NCBI GenBank assembly: GCA_036001465.1
Contig: DASYUH010000014.1
Span: 40,871-104,870 of the forward strand
Length of the DNA: 64,000 nt
Source of the DNA: Candidatus Polarisedimenticolia bacterium
GTDB taxonomy: Bacteria > Acidobacteriota > Polarisedimenticolia > Gp22-AA2
Direction of reading: 5' to 3'
The notes beneath the pieces were generated by a model, which did not search any database, was not told the origin of the DNA, and saw nothing but the letters and a program-made list of their open reading frames with translations. Numbering within the stretch: the stretch's first letter is position 1; each line of letters opens with the position of its first letter. Shown here piece by piece: positions 1 to 8,958 of the stretch. The position numbers and the translations under genes are program-made.

Positions 1-625
1 GCAGGGCGACGGCGCGCCAGGCCTTCTCGGTGCGGTCCCAGCGTGTGTCCCTGTCCATGGTGTAGAACCGGCCGGACACGGTCGCGATCCGTCCCAGGCC
101 GAGGCGATCGAGCATGGCCGAGGCGCGTCGCGCGTGCTCCGCGCCGCTTTGGGGCGGTGTGTCGCGCCCGTCCATGAACGCGTGCAGGAAAAGGCGGCGC
201 ACCCCGGCGTCCCCCGCCGAGCGGACGACGGCTTCCAGGTGATCGACGTGGCTGTGCACGCCGCCGTCGCTCAGGAGGCCCATCACGTGGAGGGCCGCCC
301 CCGGCCGGCGCGCCACTTCGAAGGCCGCCGCGAGGACCGGGTTCCGGTCGAACTCCCCCGTGCGAATGGCGCGGTTGATGCGCGACAGGTCCTGCAGGAC
401 GACACGCCCGGCGCCGAGGCAGAGGTGGCCGACCTCCGAATTGCCGATCACCCCCCGGGGGAGGCCGACCGACTCCCCGGAGGCCTCGAGGAGGGACGTC
501 GGATAGGTGCGGCCGAGCCATCCCATGAAGGACGGCGCGCATCGGGCGATGGCGTTCCCTTCGGTGGATTCGCTGTGTCCCCAGCCGTCCAGGACGATGA
601 GGACCGCGGGAAGGAGAGGCGGCAT
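1..625 (-). CDS. gpmI: 2,3-bisphosphoglycerate-independent phosphoglycerate mutase, N-terminal part (gene runs off the window start)
   Basis: Manual minus-strand translation from ATG at 625 gives MPPLLPAVLIVLDGWGHSE...GNSEVGHLCLGAGR...GLLSDGGVHSH...FMDGRDTPP...GRFYTMDRDTRW. These are the conserved iPGM motifs. It is absent from the ORF track because there is no stop inside the window. Confidence 0.8.
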   Translation of the reverse strand, partial: MPPLLPAVLIVLDGWGHSESTEGNAIARCAPSFMGWLGRTYPTSLLEASGESVGLPRGVIGNSEVGHLCLGAGRVVLQDLSRINRAIRTGEFDRNPVLAAAFEVARRPGAALHVMGLLSDGGVHSHVDHLEAVVRSAGDAGVRRLFLHAFMDGRDTPPQSGAEHARRASAMLDRLGLGRIATVSGRFYTMDRDTRWDRTEKAWRAVAL

Positions 626-641
626 CGGCTCGCGGGATCCC

Positions 642-2024
642 CTACACCTCGCCCGTCTCGGCGGTGTAGACGGGCGCCGTGCTGATGCCGAGCTCCTCGA
701 TCGGACGCTCCTCCTGGAAGTCGACCGCGACGCTGTTCCATTCCCCGCAGCGGTCGCAATAGTCGGTCCAGGCGGGATACTTGCGCGAACACGTGGCGCA
801 GGCATACTCGACCTTCAGGACCTCGGCCTGCCGCAGGACGAGCTCGAGCTCCTTCAACGCCTCGCGCAGGTGCCCCTGGCGCTCCATGAGCTTCGCGAGG
901 TGATAGTGCAGGGCGGGGAAGTAGGTGACCCGGCCCTTCATCTGCGAAAACTGCTGGAGCGCCTCGTCGATCATCTCCAGCCGGTAATAGAGCTTCCCCA
1001 GGAAGAACCGGGGGATGATGTCCTTCTGGCTCTTCCAGATCGCCGCCTTCAGCGCCTCGATGGCCCGGCGGGGCTGCTCCAGCGAAAGGTAATGGTCCTC
1101 GATGGTCGTCAGGAACACCGGGTGGCCGGTCGCTTCGTAGGCCTTCTCCCACACGTCGACCGCCTCCTCGGGCTGGTGCAGGGCCAGGAGCGCCTTGCCG
1201 AGGGCGAGGTGCCCCGGGACGAACGAGGGCTCCATGCCGGCCAGCCGCCTGAGGATGCCGATCGCCTCGCGCGTCCTGCCCTGCTCGAGCAGGCGCTGCG
1301 CCAGCATGTAGCGGATGCCGAGGTGGTGCTTCTTCTCGGACTTGGCCGAGCGTCCCATCTCGACGAGCTGCTTCTCGATGCTCTGCTGGATCTCCCAGGC
1401 CTTTTCCCACTCCCCGCCGCTGATGCACAGGGCCCGGTACTTGCGGCAGGCGGCGAGCGAGCGCTTCGGGTTCTTCTCGATGATGCGGTTCAGGACCGCC
1501 TTGGCGTTCTCGAGGGCCCCGGACTCCTCGTAGTCGGCGACCAGGGAGTAGAGAGGCTGCAGGTCGGTCTCCTTCACCCGTGCCGCGCGACGGTGATACT
1601 CGATCGCCTCGCCGTGACGCCGCAGGGCGCGCAGGACCTCGCCTCCCTTGATGAGCGAGTCGAAATGGTTCGGGTCGATCTGGAGCGCCGCCTCGAAATG
1701 CTCCAGGGCCTTCTCCTCGCGCCCGTTCAGCATCGATTCCACGCCGCGCAGGTAGTGCTCCTCCGCTTCCTGGCGCGAGCGGGCCTGCCGGCGCGCGGTC
1801 AGGTCCCCGAGCATGCGGCGCAGGTCGCGGAGCACGCCGAACAGGAGGGGCACGAGCATCGACACGCCGCTCGCGAGGAGCAGGGCGAACCAGACCGGCA
1901 TCTGGATGCCGCGGCTCAGGACGAGCCGGCTGTCGAGGACGGCCTGGTTGGTGACGTACAGGATCGACAGGACGGCGACGATGACGGCCCCGAACATCAG
2001 GTACAGAACGGTCCGGATCTTCAT
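642..2024 (-). CDS. lapB: LapB/YciM-like lipopolysaccharide assembly protein (N-terminal TM helix, TPR repeats, C-terminal rubredoxin-like CxxC..CxxC)
   Basis: 460-aa ORF with N-terminal hydrophobic segment MKIRTVLYLMFGAVIVAVLSIL, multiple TPR-like repeats, and C-terminal CATCSRKYPAWTDYCDRCGEW zinc-ribbon. Confidence 0.65.
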   Translation of the reverse strand: MKIRTVLYLMFGAVIVAVLSILYVTNQAVLDSRLVLSRGIQMPVWFALLLASGVSMLVPLLFGVLRDLRRMLGDLTARRQARSRQEAEEHYLRGVESMLNGREEKALEHFEAALQIDPNHFDSLIKGGEVLRALRRHGEAIEYHRRAARVKETDLQPLYSLVADYEESGALENAKAVLNRIIEKNPKRSLAACRKYRALCISGGEWEKAWEIQQSIEKQLVEMGRSAKSEKKHHLGIRYMLAQRLLEQGRTREAIGILRRLAGMEPSFVPGHLALGKALLALHQPEEAVDVWEKAYEATGHPVFLTTIEDHYLSLEQPRRAIEALKAAIWKSQKDIIPRFFLGKLYYRLEMIDEALQQFSQMKGRVTYFPALHYHLAKLMERQGHLREALKELELVLRQAEVLKVEYACATCSRKYPAWTDYCDRCGEWNSVAVDFQEERPIEELGISTAPVYTAETGEV

Positions 2025-2060
2025 CGCAGTCCCGCCGGAGGCCGCGCCCCCGTCACGAAA

Positions 2061-2420
2061 TTAGATCAATCCCTTCTCGACCTTCTCCTGACAGGTGACG
2101 CAGTAGCTCGCCCAGGGGACCGCCTCGAGGCGCTTCCTCTCGATCTCCTCCTCGCACTCGAGACAGGTGCCGTACTTTCCCTTGGCGATCCTCTGCAGCG
2201 CCAGATCGACTTTTTGAAGGACCTCGCGGTCGGTGTTGGACAGGGAGTAGAGGAACTCCTTGGTGTAGGCGCTCGAGGCCTTGTCCGCCAGGTCCTGGGT
2301 CCCCTCGTCCTCGGTCAGGCGGCCGTAGTTCTTGTTCTTGTTGTAGGCCTCCGCCACGCTCTTCTTCTTGTCGAGGAGGCGCTTCTTGTAGGTCTCGATC
2401 TGCTTCTTCAACATCGCCAT
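2061..2420 (-). CDS. dksA: DksA/TraR-family C4 zinc-finger transcription factor
   Basis: 119 aa; coiled-coil N-terminus and C-terminal CLECEEEI...CVTC four-Cys finger typical of the DksA/TraR family. Confidence 0.8.
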   Translation of the reverse strand: MAMLKKQIETYKKRLLDKKKSVAEAYNKNKNYGRLTEDEGTQDLADKASSAYTKEFLYSLSNTDREVLQKVDLALQRIAKGKYGTCLECEEEIERKRLEAVPWASYCVTCQEKVEKGLI

Positions 2421-2441
2421 TGTGGGGCTTCCTTTCCACCC

Positions 2442-3398
2442 TCAGGGAATTCCGTAGCGCTTGCGTTTCTCCAGCAGAGTCTTGCGGTTGATGCCGAGGA
2501 TGCGCGCCGCCTCGCTCCGATTGCCGCCCGTCGCCCGCAGGACGTCGCGGATGTACTGCTCCTCGACCTGGGCCAGGGACAACCGTCGAGCGACCGCCCC
2601 CGCAATGGGCCCGGGATGCGAGTCTCCCAGGATGCGGAGGGCGTCGGGGCCGATCTCGTTCCCATGCTCCATGATCGTGGCGCTTTCGATCACGTTCTGC
2701 AGCTCCCTGACGTTGCCGGGCCAGGCGTGGCGCATCATCCGGTCCAGGGCGCCCCGCGACAGGGCCTTCGGGGCGGCGCCCTGCCGCCGCGCCAGGTCGC
2801 GCAGAATCTGGTCCGCCAGGACCGGCACGTCCTCCATCCGATCGCGCAGCGGGGGAATCTCCAGCCGGATGACGTTCAATCGATAGAACAGATCCTTGCG
2901 GAAGCTTCCCGCCGCCACCAGCGGCGCGAGATCCGCCTGGGTCGAGGACAGGATCCGCACGTTCACGCTCAAGGTCTTCGTCCCCGCGAGGCGCTCGAAG
3001 CAGCGCTCCTGCACGACCCGCAGCATCTTGCCCTGCAGCGAGGGGGCCAGCTCGCTCACACCGTCGATCAGGATCGTGCCGCCGTCCGCCAGCTCGAAGC
3101 GCCCCTTCTTCTGCTCGGCCGCCCCGGTGAACGCGCCCTTCTCGTGACCGAAGAGCTCGCTCTCGAGGAGATCGACCGCGACGTTGGCGCAGGCAATGGT
3201 CACGAACGGCCCGCTGCGCCTCGGACTCACGTCATGAATGAAGCGCGCCAGGATCCCCTTGCCCGTGCCGCTCTCGCCGACCAGGAGGAGGTTGGCGTCG
3301 CTTGCCGCCACCTTCCGCGCCAGCGCGACGACCCGCTCCATCAGCGCCGACCGATGGACCAGGGGAGCCGCCGCAAGGTCGGAGGCGATTGCATTCAC
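2442..3398 (-). CDS. σ54-dependent transcriptional activator (AAA+ σ54-interaction domain plus C-terminal Fis-type HTH; no receiver domain, PspF-like)
   Basis: Walker A GESGTGKG, GAFTGA σ54-contact motif, and arginine-finger region; C-terminal HTH (RSEAARILGINRKTL). Confidence 0.85.
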   Translation of the reverse strand: MNAIASDLAAAPLVHRSALMERVVALARKVAASDANLLLVGESGTGKGILARFIHDVSPRRSGPFVTIACANVAVDLLESELFGHEKGAFTGAAEQKKGRFELADGGTILIDGVSELAPSLQGKMLRVVQERCFERLAGTKTLSVNVRILSSTQADLAPLVAAGSFRKDLFYRLNVIRLEIPPLRDRMEDVPVLADQILRDLARRQGAAPKALSRGALDRMMRHAWPGNVRELQNVIESATIMEHGNEIGPDALRILGDSHPGPIAGAVARRLSLAQVEEQYIRDVLRATGGNRSEAARILGINRKTLLEKRKRYGIP

Positions 3399-3452
3399 GC
3401 GGGGATCCTTCCGCCAGTAAGGCGGGTAATGTACGGATCGCCCCGGACAAAG

Positions 3453-3815
3453 TCAACTCTTGCGCGCCGCCGAAGTGCCTTTGTTCCTGCGGCTTTGAGC
3501 GCGCGCCGGCGCCACCTTCGGGGCGTCGCCCCAGAGCCCCTCCAGGTTGTAGAACTCTCTGGTCTCGCGCGTGAACACATGCACCACGAGATCGGCGAAG
3601 TCGATCAGGATCCAGTCGCCGAGATCGTATCCCTCCACATGGCCGGGATGCACCCCCTTGTCCGCCAGCCTTTCGACGATGGCGTCGCAAATCGCCTGCG
3701 TCTGCCGCCTCTGCGTGCCGCTGACGATCACGAAGGCGTCGGTGAACGAGGCGATGCGCTTCAGGGCGAGCGCCACCGGATCCTCCGCCTTCCTGTCGGC
3801 GGCGGCCTCGAGCAC
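3453..3815 (-). CDS. rsfS: Ribosomal silencing factor RsfS (Iojap family)
   Basis: 120-aa ORF with Iojap-like core (FVIVSGTQRRQTQAICDAI...DLGDWILIDFADLVVHVF); located upstream of obg as in many bacteria. Confidence 0.75.
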   Translation of the reverse strand: MLEAAADRKAEDPVALALKRIASFTDAFVIVSGTQRRQTQAICDAIVERLADKGVHPGHVEGYDLGDWILIDFADLVVHVFTRETREFYNLEGLWGDAPKVAPARAQSRRNKGTSAARKS

Positions 3816-3831
3816 GAGCGAGATTTTTCTC

Positions 3832-4896
3832 TTAAGTAGGATGAGCTCCTCCTTGCCGGCGGTCCCTGCCGAGGGCCGACGGTGTTCCCGCCGGGACCGG
3901 GTCGCCGGCGCTCAGGATCGACCAGACCTGCTCCAGCAGCTCGCGAATCCCCTCTCCGCTCACCGCCGAGACGGCGAGAAACGGAACGCCTTCCGAGGCG
4001 CAGCGGGCGCGCAGCGCCTCGAGGCGCCCGCGATCGGTCACCGCGTCGATCTTGGTGCCGGCCACGACCTGCGGCTTGCCGGCCAGGCCGTCGCTGAAGG
4101 CACTCAGCTCGCCGTTGACGATGTCCAGGTCGCGCACCGGATCGCGGCCGGACATTTCCGAGGCGTCCACCAGGTGCACGAGCACGCGCGTCCTCTCGAT
4201 GTGCCGCAGGAACTTGATGCCGAGCCCCTGGCCGTGGTGCGCCCCCTCGATCAGCCCCGGGATGTCGGCCACGACGAAGGTCCGGTACTGGCCGAGATCC
4301 ACCACCCCGAGGTTCGGCTCGAGGGTGGTGAAAGGATACGCCGCGACCTTCGGGTGCGCCGAAGAAATGCGCGAGATGAGCGTCGATTTCCCCGCGTTCG
4401 GAAAGCCGACCAGGCCGACGTCGGCGATCAGCTTCAGCTCCAGCCGGAGATGGCGCTCCTCGCCCGGCTCGCCCGGCTCGGACTCGCGGGGCGCCTGGTG
4501 CGTCGACGTCGCGAAGGCGGCGTTGCCGCGTCCCCCGCGCCCGCCCTTCGCGACCAGGACCTGCGCCCCGGGGGAGGCCAGGTCGGCCAGCAGGGCGTCG
4601 TTCTCGTCCACGACCACGGTGCCCGGCGGGACCTTGATGTACAGGTCTTCCCCCCCATGTCCGGCCCGATCGCTCCCCTCGCCGTGGCGCCCGCGTTCGG
4701 CTTCGAACCGCCGGCGGTAGCGAAAGGCATTGAGCCCCTTGAGCGAGGGATCGGACACCAGGTAGACCGAGCCGCCGTCCCCCCCCGGCCCGCCGTTCGG
4801 ACCGCCCCGTGGAACGAACTTCTCCCGCCGGAAGCTGACGCAGCCGTTGCCTCCGTGGCCTCCGACGACGACGATGGCTGCCTGATCGATCAGCAC
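3832..4896 (-). CDS. obg: GTPase Obg/CgtA (GTG start)
   Basis: Obg fold N-terminus (Gly-rich GGxGGxGG repeats), G-domain motifs [18 protein letters not shown] and TKID. The start codon on the minus strand is GTG at 4896. Confidence 0.9.
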   Translation of the reverse strand: MLIDQAAIVVVGGHGGNGCVSFRREKFVPRGGPNGGPGGDGGSVYLVSDPSLKGLNAFRYRRRFEAERGRHGEGSDRAGHGGEDLYIKVPPGTVVVDENDALLADLASPGAQVLVAKGGRGGRGNAAFATSTHQAPRESEPGEPGEERHLRLELKLIADVGLVGFPNAGKSTLISRISSAHPKVAAYPFTTLEPNLGVVDLGQYRTFVVADIPGLIEGAHHGQGLGIKFLRHIERTRVLVHLVDASEMSGRDPVRDLDIVNGELSAFSDGLAGKPQVVAGTKIDAVTDRGRLEALRARCASEGVPFLAVSAVSGEGIRELLEQVWSILSAGDPVPAGTPSALGRDRRQGGAHPT

Positions 4897-5035
4897 GTGG
4901 CGTGGCTCCGGGTGCCGCCCAGGCGGCCCGGGATCCTGCCGGCCAAGGGCAGGACGCGAAACGAGCGGGGACAGCGGCTCGTGCCCCCTCGCCTGGGAGC
5001 GTGCGCCGGGAGGGCGTCGGACCTGAATCGAATCG

Positions 5036-5311
5036 TTATGGCCGGGCGGGGCTGGCCGGAGCGGGGAGCACGCTGACGAACTTGCCCATCCGCCCGCGGT
5101 CCTGGAACTTCACGACACCGTCGATCAGGGCGAACAGCGAGTCGTCGCGCCCGAGGCCCACGTTGTGGCCTGGCTTGATGCGCGTCCCACGCTGGCGGAC
5201 CAGGATGGAGCCCCCGGTGACGGTCTGGCCGCCGAAGCGCTTGACCCCCAGGCGCTGGGAGTTGCTGTCGCGGCCGTTTCTCGAGCTGCCTCCGGCTTTC
5301 TTGTGGGCCAT
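5036..5311 (-). CDS. rpmA: 50S ribosomal protein L27
   Basis: Internal ATG at 5311 gives 91 aa, [28 protein letters not shown]... (canonical L27). The ORF track merges it into the longer 5036..5764 ORF. Confidence 0.9.
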   Translation of the reverse strand: MAHKKAGGSSRNGRDSNSQRLGVKRFGGQTVTGGSILVRQRGTRIKPGHNVGLGRDDSLFALIDGVVKFQDRGRMGKFVSVLPAPASPARP

Positions 5312-5334
5312 TCGCTCTCCTCGCCGATCTTCGC

Positions 5335-5652
5335 CTAGCTGGCGTGAATCTCTTCGACGACCACCGCCGTGAACGTCTGCCGGTGCCCGCGCGTGCGCCG
5401 GTACTGTTTGCGCTTCTTCTTCTTGAAGATGAGGACCTTCTTGGCCTTGTCCTGGGCCACCACGCGCGCGACCACGTGGGCCCCCTTCAGGACCGGTCTG
5501 CCGATCTGCAGCCCGCCCGTGGTGTGCAGGGCCAGCACCTGATCGAACGTCACCTTGTCGCCGACACCCGCGTCCACCTTCTCGATCTTGATGTGGTCGC
5601 CTACGGCCACCTTCTGCTGCTTCCCACCGGTGCTGATGACGGCATAGCTCAC
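5335..5652 (-). CDS. rplU: 50S ribosomal protein L21
   Basis: 105 aa, [25 protein letters not shown]... (canonical L21); directly upstream of rpmA. Confidence 0.9.
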   Translation of the reverse strand: MSYAVISTGGKQQKVAVGDHIKIEKVDAGVGDKVTFDQVLALHTTGGLQIGRPVLKGAHVVARVVAQDKAKKVLIFKKKKRKQYRRTRGHRQTFTAVVVEEIHAS

Positions 5653-5698
5653 GGAGTGTCCCCTGTTGATTCGTGCTTGGCTTGGCGACGAGCCGGTG

Positions 5699-5728
5699 AT
5701 TATAGCGGCGGCTCGGGAGGCGTGTCAA
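5699..5728 (-). promoter_or_regulatory. Consensus σ70-type promoter (TTGACA-18-TATAAT on minus strand) upstream of rplU-rpmA-obg
   Basis: Minus-strand sequence ttgacacgcctcccgagccgccgctataat. Perfect -35 and -10 hexamers with an 18-nt spacer, ~45 nt upstream of the rplU start. Confidence 0.45.
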
Positions 5729-5774
5729 CTGATGCAGGTCGGGAGACGCTGTCGCCGCGGCCAAGCGGCGGGGG

Positions 5775-6362
5775 TCAGCGGCCCTTGCGCAGCTCGAGGA
5801 GCACCATCTTGGCGATGGTCTTGAGGGTCTCGAACACGCCCGTGCCCTTGGAGGCCACGGCTTCGAACACCGGCTCGCCCTTGCGCACGAGCTGCCGCTT
5901 CATCTCCTCGGCCGGGAGGGCCGACGGCAGGTCGCGCTTGTTGAGCTGCAGGACGTAGGGGATGGTGCGCAGGTCGTACCCCTGCTCCTTGAGGTTGAGG
6001 TCGAGGTTCCTCAGGCTCTCGAGGTTGGCCTCCATGCGCGCGGCCTGCGAGTCGGCGACGAAGACCACGCCGTCCACCCCTTTCAGGATCAGCTTGCGCG
6101 AGGCGTCGTAGAACACCTGGCCCGGGACGGTGTACAGATGGAAGCGGGTGCGGAAGCCGCGGATCTCTCCCAGGTCGAGGGGCAGGAAGTCGAAGAAGAG
6201 CGTGCGGTCGGTTTCGGTGGCGAGCGAGATCAGCTTCCCCTTGGCGTTCGGGTTGGTCTTCTCGTAGACGAACTTGATGTTCGTCGTCTTGCCGCCCAGG
6301 CCGGGGCCGTAGTAGACGATCTTGCAGTTGATCTCGCGCGACGCGTAATTGATGAACGTCAT
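5775..6362 (-). CDS. mglA: Ras-like small GTPase MglA
   Basis: 195 aa; near-identical motif pattern to Myxococcus MglA ([54 protein letters not shown]). Confidence 0.85.
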   Translation of the reverse strand: MTFINYASREINCKIVYYGPGLGGKTTNIKFVYEKTNPNAKGKLISLATETDRTLFFDFLPLDLGEIRGFRTRFHLYTVPGQVFYDASRKLILKGVDGVVFVADSQAARMEANLESLRNLDLNLKEQGYDLRTIPYVLQLNKRDLPSALPAEEMKRQLVRKGEPVFEAVASKGTGVFETLKTIAKMVLLELRKGR

Positions 6363-6389
6363 CGGATGAGCCGATCGCCCCCGCCTGCC

Positions 6390-6884
6390 TCAGTCGCTGA
6401 ACAGCTTGTCGATGTCTTCGTCGGTGATCTCCGCGAACGGAGAGCCGCCGGCGGCGGCCTTGCGCGGCGCCGCCGATTTCTTGAGCATCACGTCCAGGAT
6501 CGCGGCCAGCTCGGTGGATCCCTTCTTCACACGCAGACGCACGAGTCCGATGGAGGACCGCTCGTCGAAGATGACGACGAGGATCACCCTGCCGCCGACG
6601 ACCGAGATGTGCAGGTTGTCCCGCTCCCCCTCGTGGAACAGGACGGAGAACTCCTTCTCGCCGATGAGCCGGGCGAGCGAGTCGGTGGCGGCGACGTTGC
6701 CGGCGGCGAGGGACGCCAGGGCGGTCGTGTCGATGGAGTTCAGCTCGCCGATCGCCGCGATCTGCTGGCCGTTCTTGTCGACCAGGAAGACGACCTTGGC
6801 GTTGCACTCTCCCCTCAGGCGGGAGATCACCTCGCGGATCTTGGTGAACTCCTCTTCATGAAGGACCAGGTCGTTACCGGGCAT
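6390..6884 (-). CDS. mglB: Roadblock/LC7-domain protein MglB (GAP of MglA)
   Basis: 164 aa roadblock/LC7-type protein immediately upstream of mglA (27-nt gap), the canonical mglBA arrangement. Confidence 0.75.
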   Translation of the reverse strand: MPGNDLVLHEEEFTKIREVISRLRGECNAKVVFLVDKNGQQIAAIGELNSIDTTALASLAAGNVAATDSLARLIGEKEFSVLFHEGERDNLHISVVGGRVILVVIFDERSSIGLVRLRVKKGSTELAAILDVMLKKSAAPRKAAAGGSPFAEITDEDIDKLFSD

Positions 6885-7021
6885 CCCGTGGATCCTCGGA
6901 CTTGCCAGCTTGGCCCGATCGTCAGATGGATGACGGACGGATGCCGGCGGGTGTCAATATGAAGCACCCGCAGGGAAAGATCAACGGCCTGAGGCGGAGA
7001 GGGGCTCCGGGAGCCCGGTTT

Positions 7022-7432
7022 CTACTCGCGCGGCAGGTCGATCGCCTCCACGTGGAGCCGGCCGGTGGCGGTTCTCATGGCCTCACCTCCCCGCTTCAGG
7101 AACTCCTCGCGCGGGACGAACGAAAAGCCGCACGGGACGTCCGGAGAGATGATGTTCCGGTCGCGGAGGTCGCGCTCGTCGATGGGAAACAGCCGGCAGA
7201 CCCTGGGCTTGATCTCGTGGATGGTGCAGCGCACCGGCGTGGCCTGCCGATCGAGGAGCGGGCAGGTGAACATGAGGTGGCAGCAGGCCCCCGTGCGGTC
7301 GCACTGCCCCACGCGGCGGGCCAGGCTTTCCCGCACGTACCCGGGACGGAAGTGGGCCAGGCAGAACCGCCGCACCTTGCCCCACCCGAGGGTGGCCCGT
7401 TCACGCAGGGTCAGGCTGGCTGTGGTTCTCAC
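7022..7432 (-). CDS. YkgJ-family cysteine-cluster (zinc/iron-chelating, UPF0153) protein
   Basis: 136 aa with CxxCGxCC cluster (CDRTGACCHLMFTCP) and downstream Cys residues typical of YkgJ/UPF0153. Confidence 0.65.
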   Translation of the reverse strand: MRTTASLTLRERATLGWGKVRRFCLAHFRPGYVRESLARRVGQCDRTGACCHLMFTCPLLDRQATPVRCTIHEIKPRVCRLFPIDERDLRDRNIISPDVPCGFSFVPREEFLKRGGEAMRTATGRLHVEAIDLPRE

Positions 7433-7441
7433 GGTGGGAGC

Positions 7442-7756
7442 CTAGCGCCCAGGCTCGAGGAGGTACCGGCGCTGGATGATTTCCATCCCCTCGGTCGCGA
7501 AGTGATGGGTGAGGATGCGGGCGGCATAGTCGGCCGCGGCGGCCGCCGTGGCGCCCACCCACTGTTTCGGCAGGGCGGGGGCCCGGGGATCGAAACGGCT
7601 CATGGTCCAGAACGAACCATCCGGCAGGCGAATCTGGGCGATCCAGTGGCCCGGCGCCTTCTCCACGAGGACGGAATAGGTCTCGTCGGTTTTCTGCCGG
7701 GTCCGGACCAGGTACTCGAAGGCCGTCAGCTGCTGCATGACGGGGACATTATACAA
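7442..7756 (-). CDS. Hypothetical protein
   Basis: 104-aa ORF, 9 nt upstream of ykgJ on the same strand; no recognisable motif. Confidence 0.35.
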   Translation of the reverse strand: MYNVPVMQQLTAFEYLVRTRQKTDETYSVLVEKAPGHWIAQIRLPDGSFWTMSRFDPRAPALPKQWVGATAAAAADYAARILTHHFATEGMEIIQRRYLLEPGR

Positions 7757-7831
7757 CCCTGTGCCATTCGGGCCCGGAAGGGGCCCACGACGCCCAGGAG
7801 CGGGCCGGATGCCCGGACAGGCACCTGGAAC

Positions 7832-8836
7832 CTAGACGGGGAGAGCGTCCCCGAGCCCCTCCGTCCGGGCCCGCGACAGGACGACGGCGGCCGCCGCGAC
7901 GTCCTGCACCCCCACGCCGGTCAGGTCGCACAGGGTGATCTCCGCGTCGCTGCGGCGGCCGGGGTGCCTCCCGGCGGTGATGTCTCCCAGCTCGCAGGCG
8001 ACCTTGCTCTCCGGGATCGTCCCGGAGGCGACGGCGTGGTGGATCTCCCCGAGCCGGAGGCACTGCGCCCTGCTGTCCGCCACGACCAGGTCGGCGCGCT
8101 TGAGGACGTCGGCGTGAAGCTCCTGCTTGTCGGGGCCGTCCGATCCGACGGCGGTGATGTGCATGCCGGGAGCGAGCCACGCGGCCTCGACCAGCGGCTC
8201 GCGGCTCGCCGTGACCGTGATCACGATATCGGCCCCCTCCACCGCCTCGCGGACCGAAGGGACGGCGGCGAGCCGGCACTCCCGGGGGATCGCCGGATCG
8301 TTCGCGAGCTCCGAGGCGCAGGCGCGGGCGCGCTCGGGGCGCCGGCCGTAGATGCGCACCTCCCGGAACGGGCGCACGAGAGCCAGGGAGGCCAGCTGGT
8401 AGCGAGCCTGATTGCCGCAGCCGACGACGCCGACGATCCGCGCGTCGCGGCGCGCCAGGTGTTTCGCCGCCACGGCCCCCGCCGAGCCGGTGCGCTGCTC
8501 GGTGATGAACCCGTTGTCGAGAAGCAGGGCGGCCGGCGCGCCGGTCGAGGCGTCGAAGACCAGCACCAGGCCATCGTTCTGGGGCAGTCCCTTCACGGGG
8601 TTGTCGTAGAAGCCGGAGGCGATCTTCACCGCATAGTGGGTCCCGCCGCGCAGGTGGCCGGCCTTGACGTGGATTTCCCCGCGGTTCTCGGGGACGTTCA
8701 GGTTGATGACCGCCGGCAGCTCGGCGCCGCCCGTGGCGTAGGCGGTGAACGCCTGCTCGATGGCCAGGAGGCTTGCCGCGGGATCGAGGAGTCGCCGGAT
8801 CTCGGGCTCGCGGAGAACGAGCAGTGTGCGGCTCAC
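7832..8836 (-). CDS. Ornithine cyclodeaminase / mu-crystallin family protein (paralog 1)
   Basis: 334 aa; Rossmann GxGxQA motif (GVVGCGNQA) and overall OCD/μ-crystallin architecture. Confidence 0.8.
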   Translation of the reverse strand: MSRTLLVLREPEIRRLLDPAASLLAIEQAFTAYATGGAELPAVINLNVPENRGEIHVKAGHLRGGTHYAVKIASGFYDNPVKGLPQNDGLVLVFDASTGAPAALLLDNGFITEQRTGSAGAVAAKHLARRDARIVGVVGCGNQARYQLASLALVRPFREVRIYGRRPERARACASELANDPAIPRECRLAAVPSVREAVEGADIVITVTASREPLVEAAWLAPGMHITAVGSDGPDKQELHADVLKRADLVVADSRAQCLRLGEIHHAVASGTIPESKVACELGDITAGRHPGRRSDAEITLCDLTGVGVQDVAAAAVVLSRARTEGLGDALPV

Positions 8837-8958
8837 GAAGGAAGGGTATCACCGTCATGGCCAGGAGTGTGTCCGGGTATTCGGCCGGGCGCCCTTTACA
8901 GCGGCATGGGGGGTTGGTATTCTCCGCGCGTCCCGGAACACCCCTGGAGGAGGCTGCC

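Noticed and set aside
134-685. 183-aa +strand ORF at window start
   Set aside because: Overlaps the convincing minus-strand gpmI (iPGM motifs) in a shifted frame; translation is low-complexity.
507-3839. 1110-aa +strand ORF (and similar giants 6902..9436, 22349..25666, 25330..27405, 35420..37282, 57875..60355, 57907..60705, 3571..5076)
   Set aside because: They run antisense or out-of-frame across several well-supported genes of different function, have Arg/Gly/Pro/Ala-rich low-complexity translations and no motifs. Typical stop-codon-poor frames in ~70% GC DNA.
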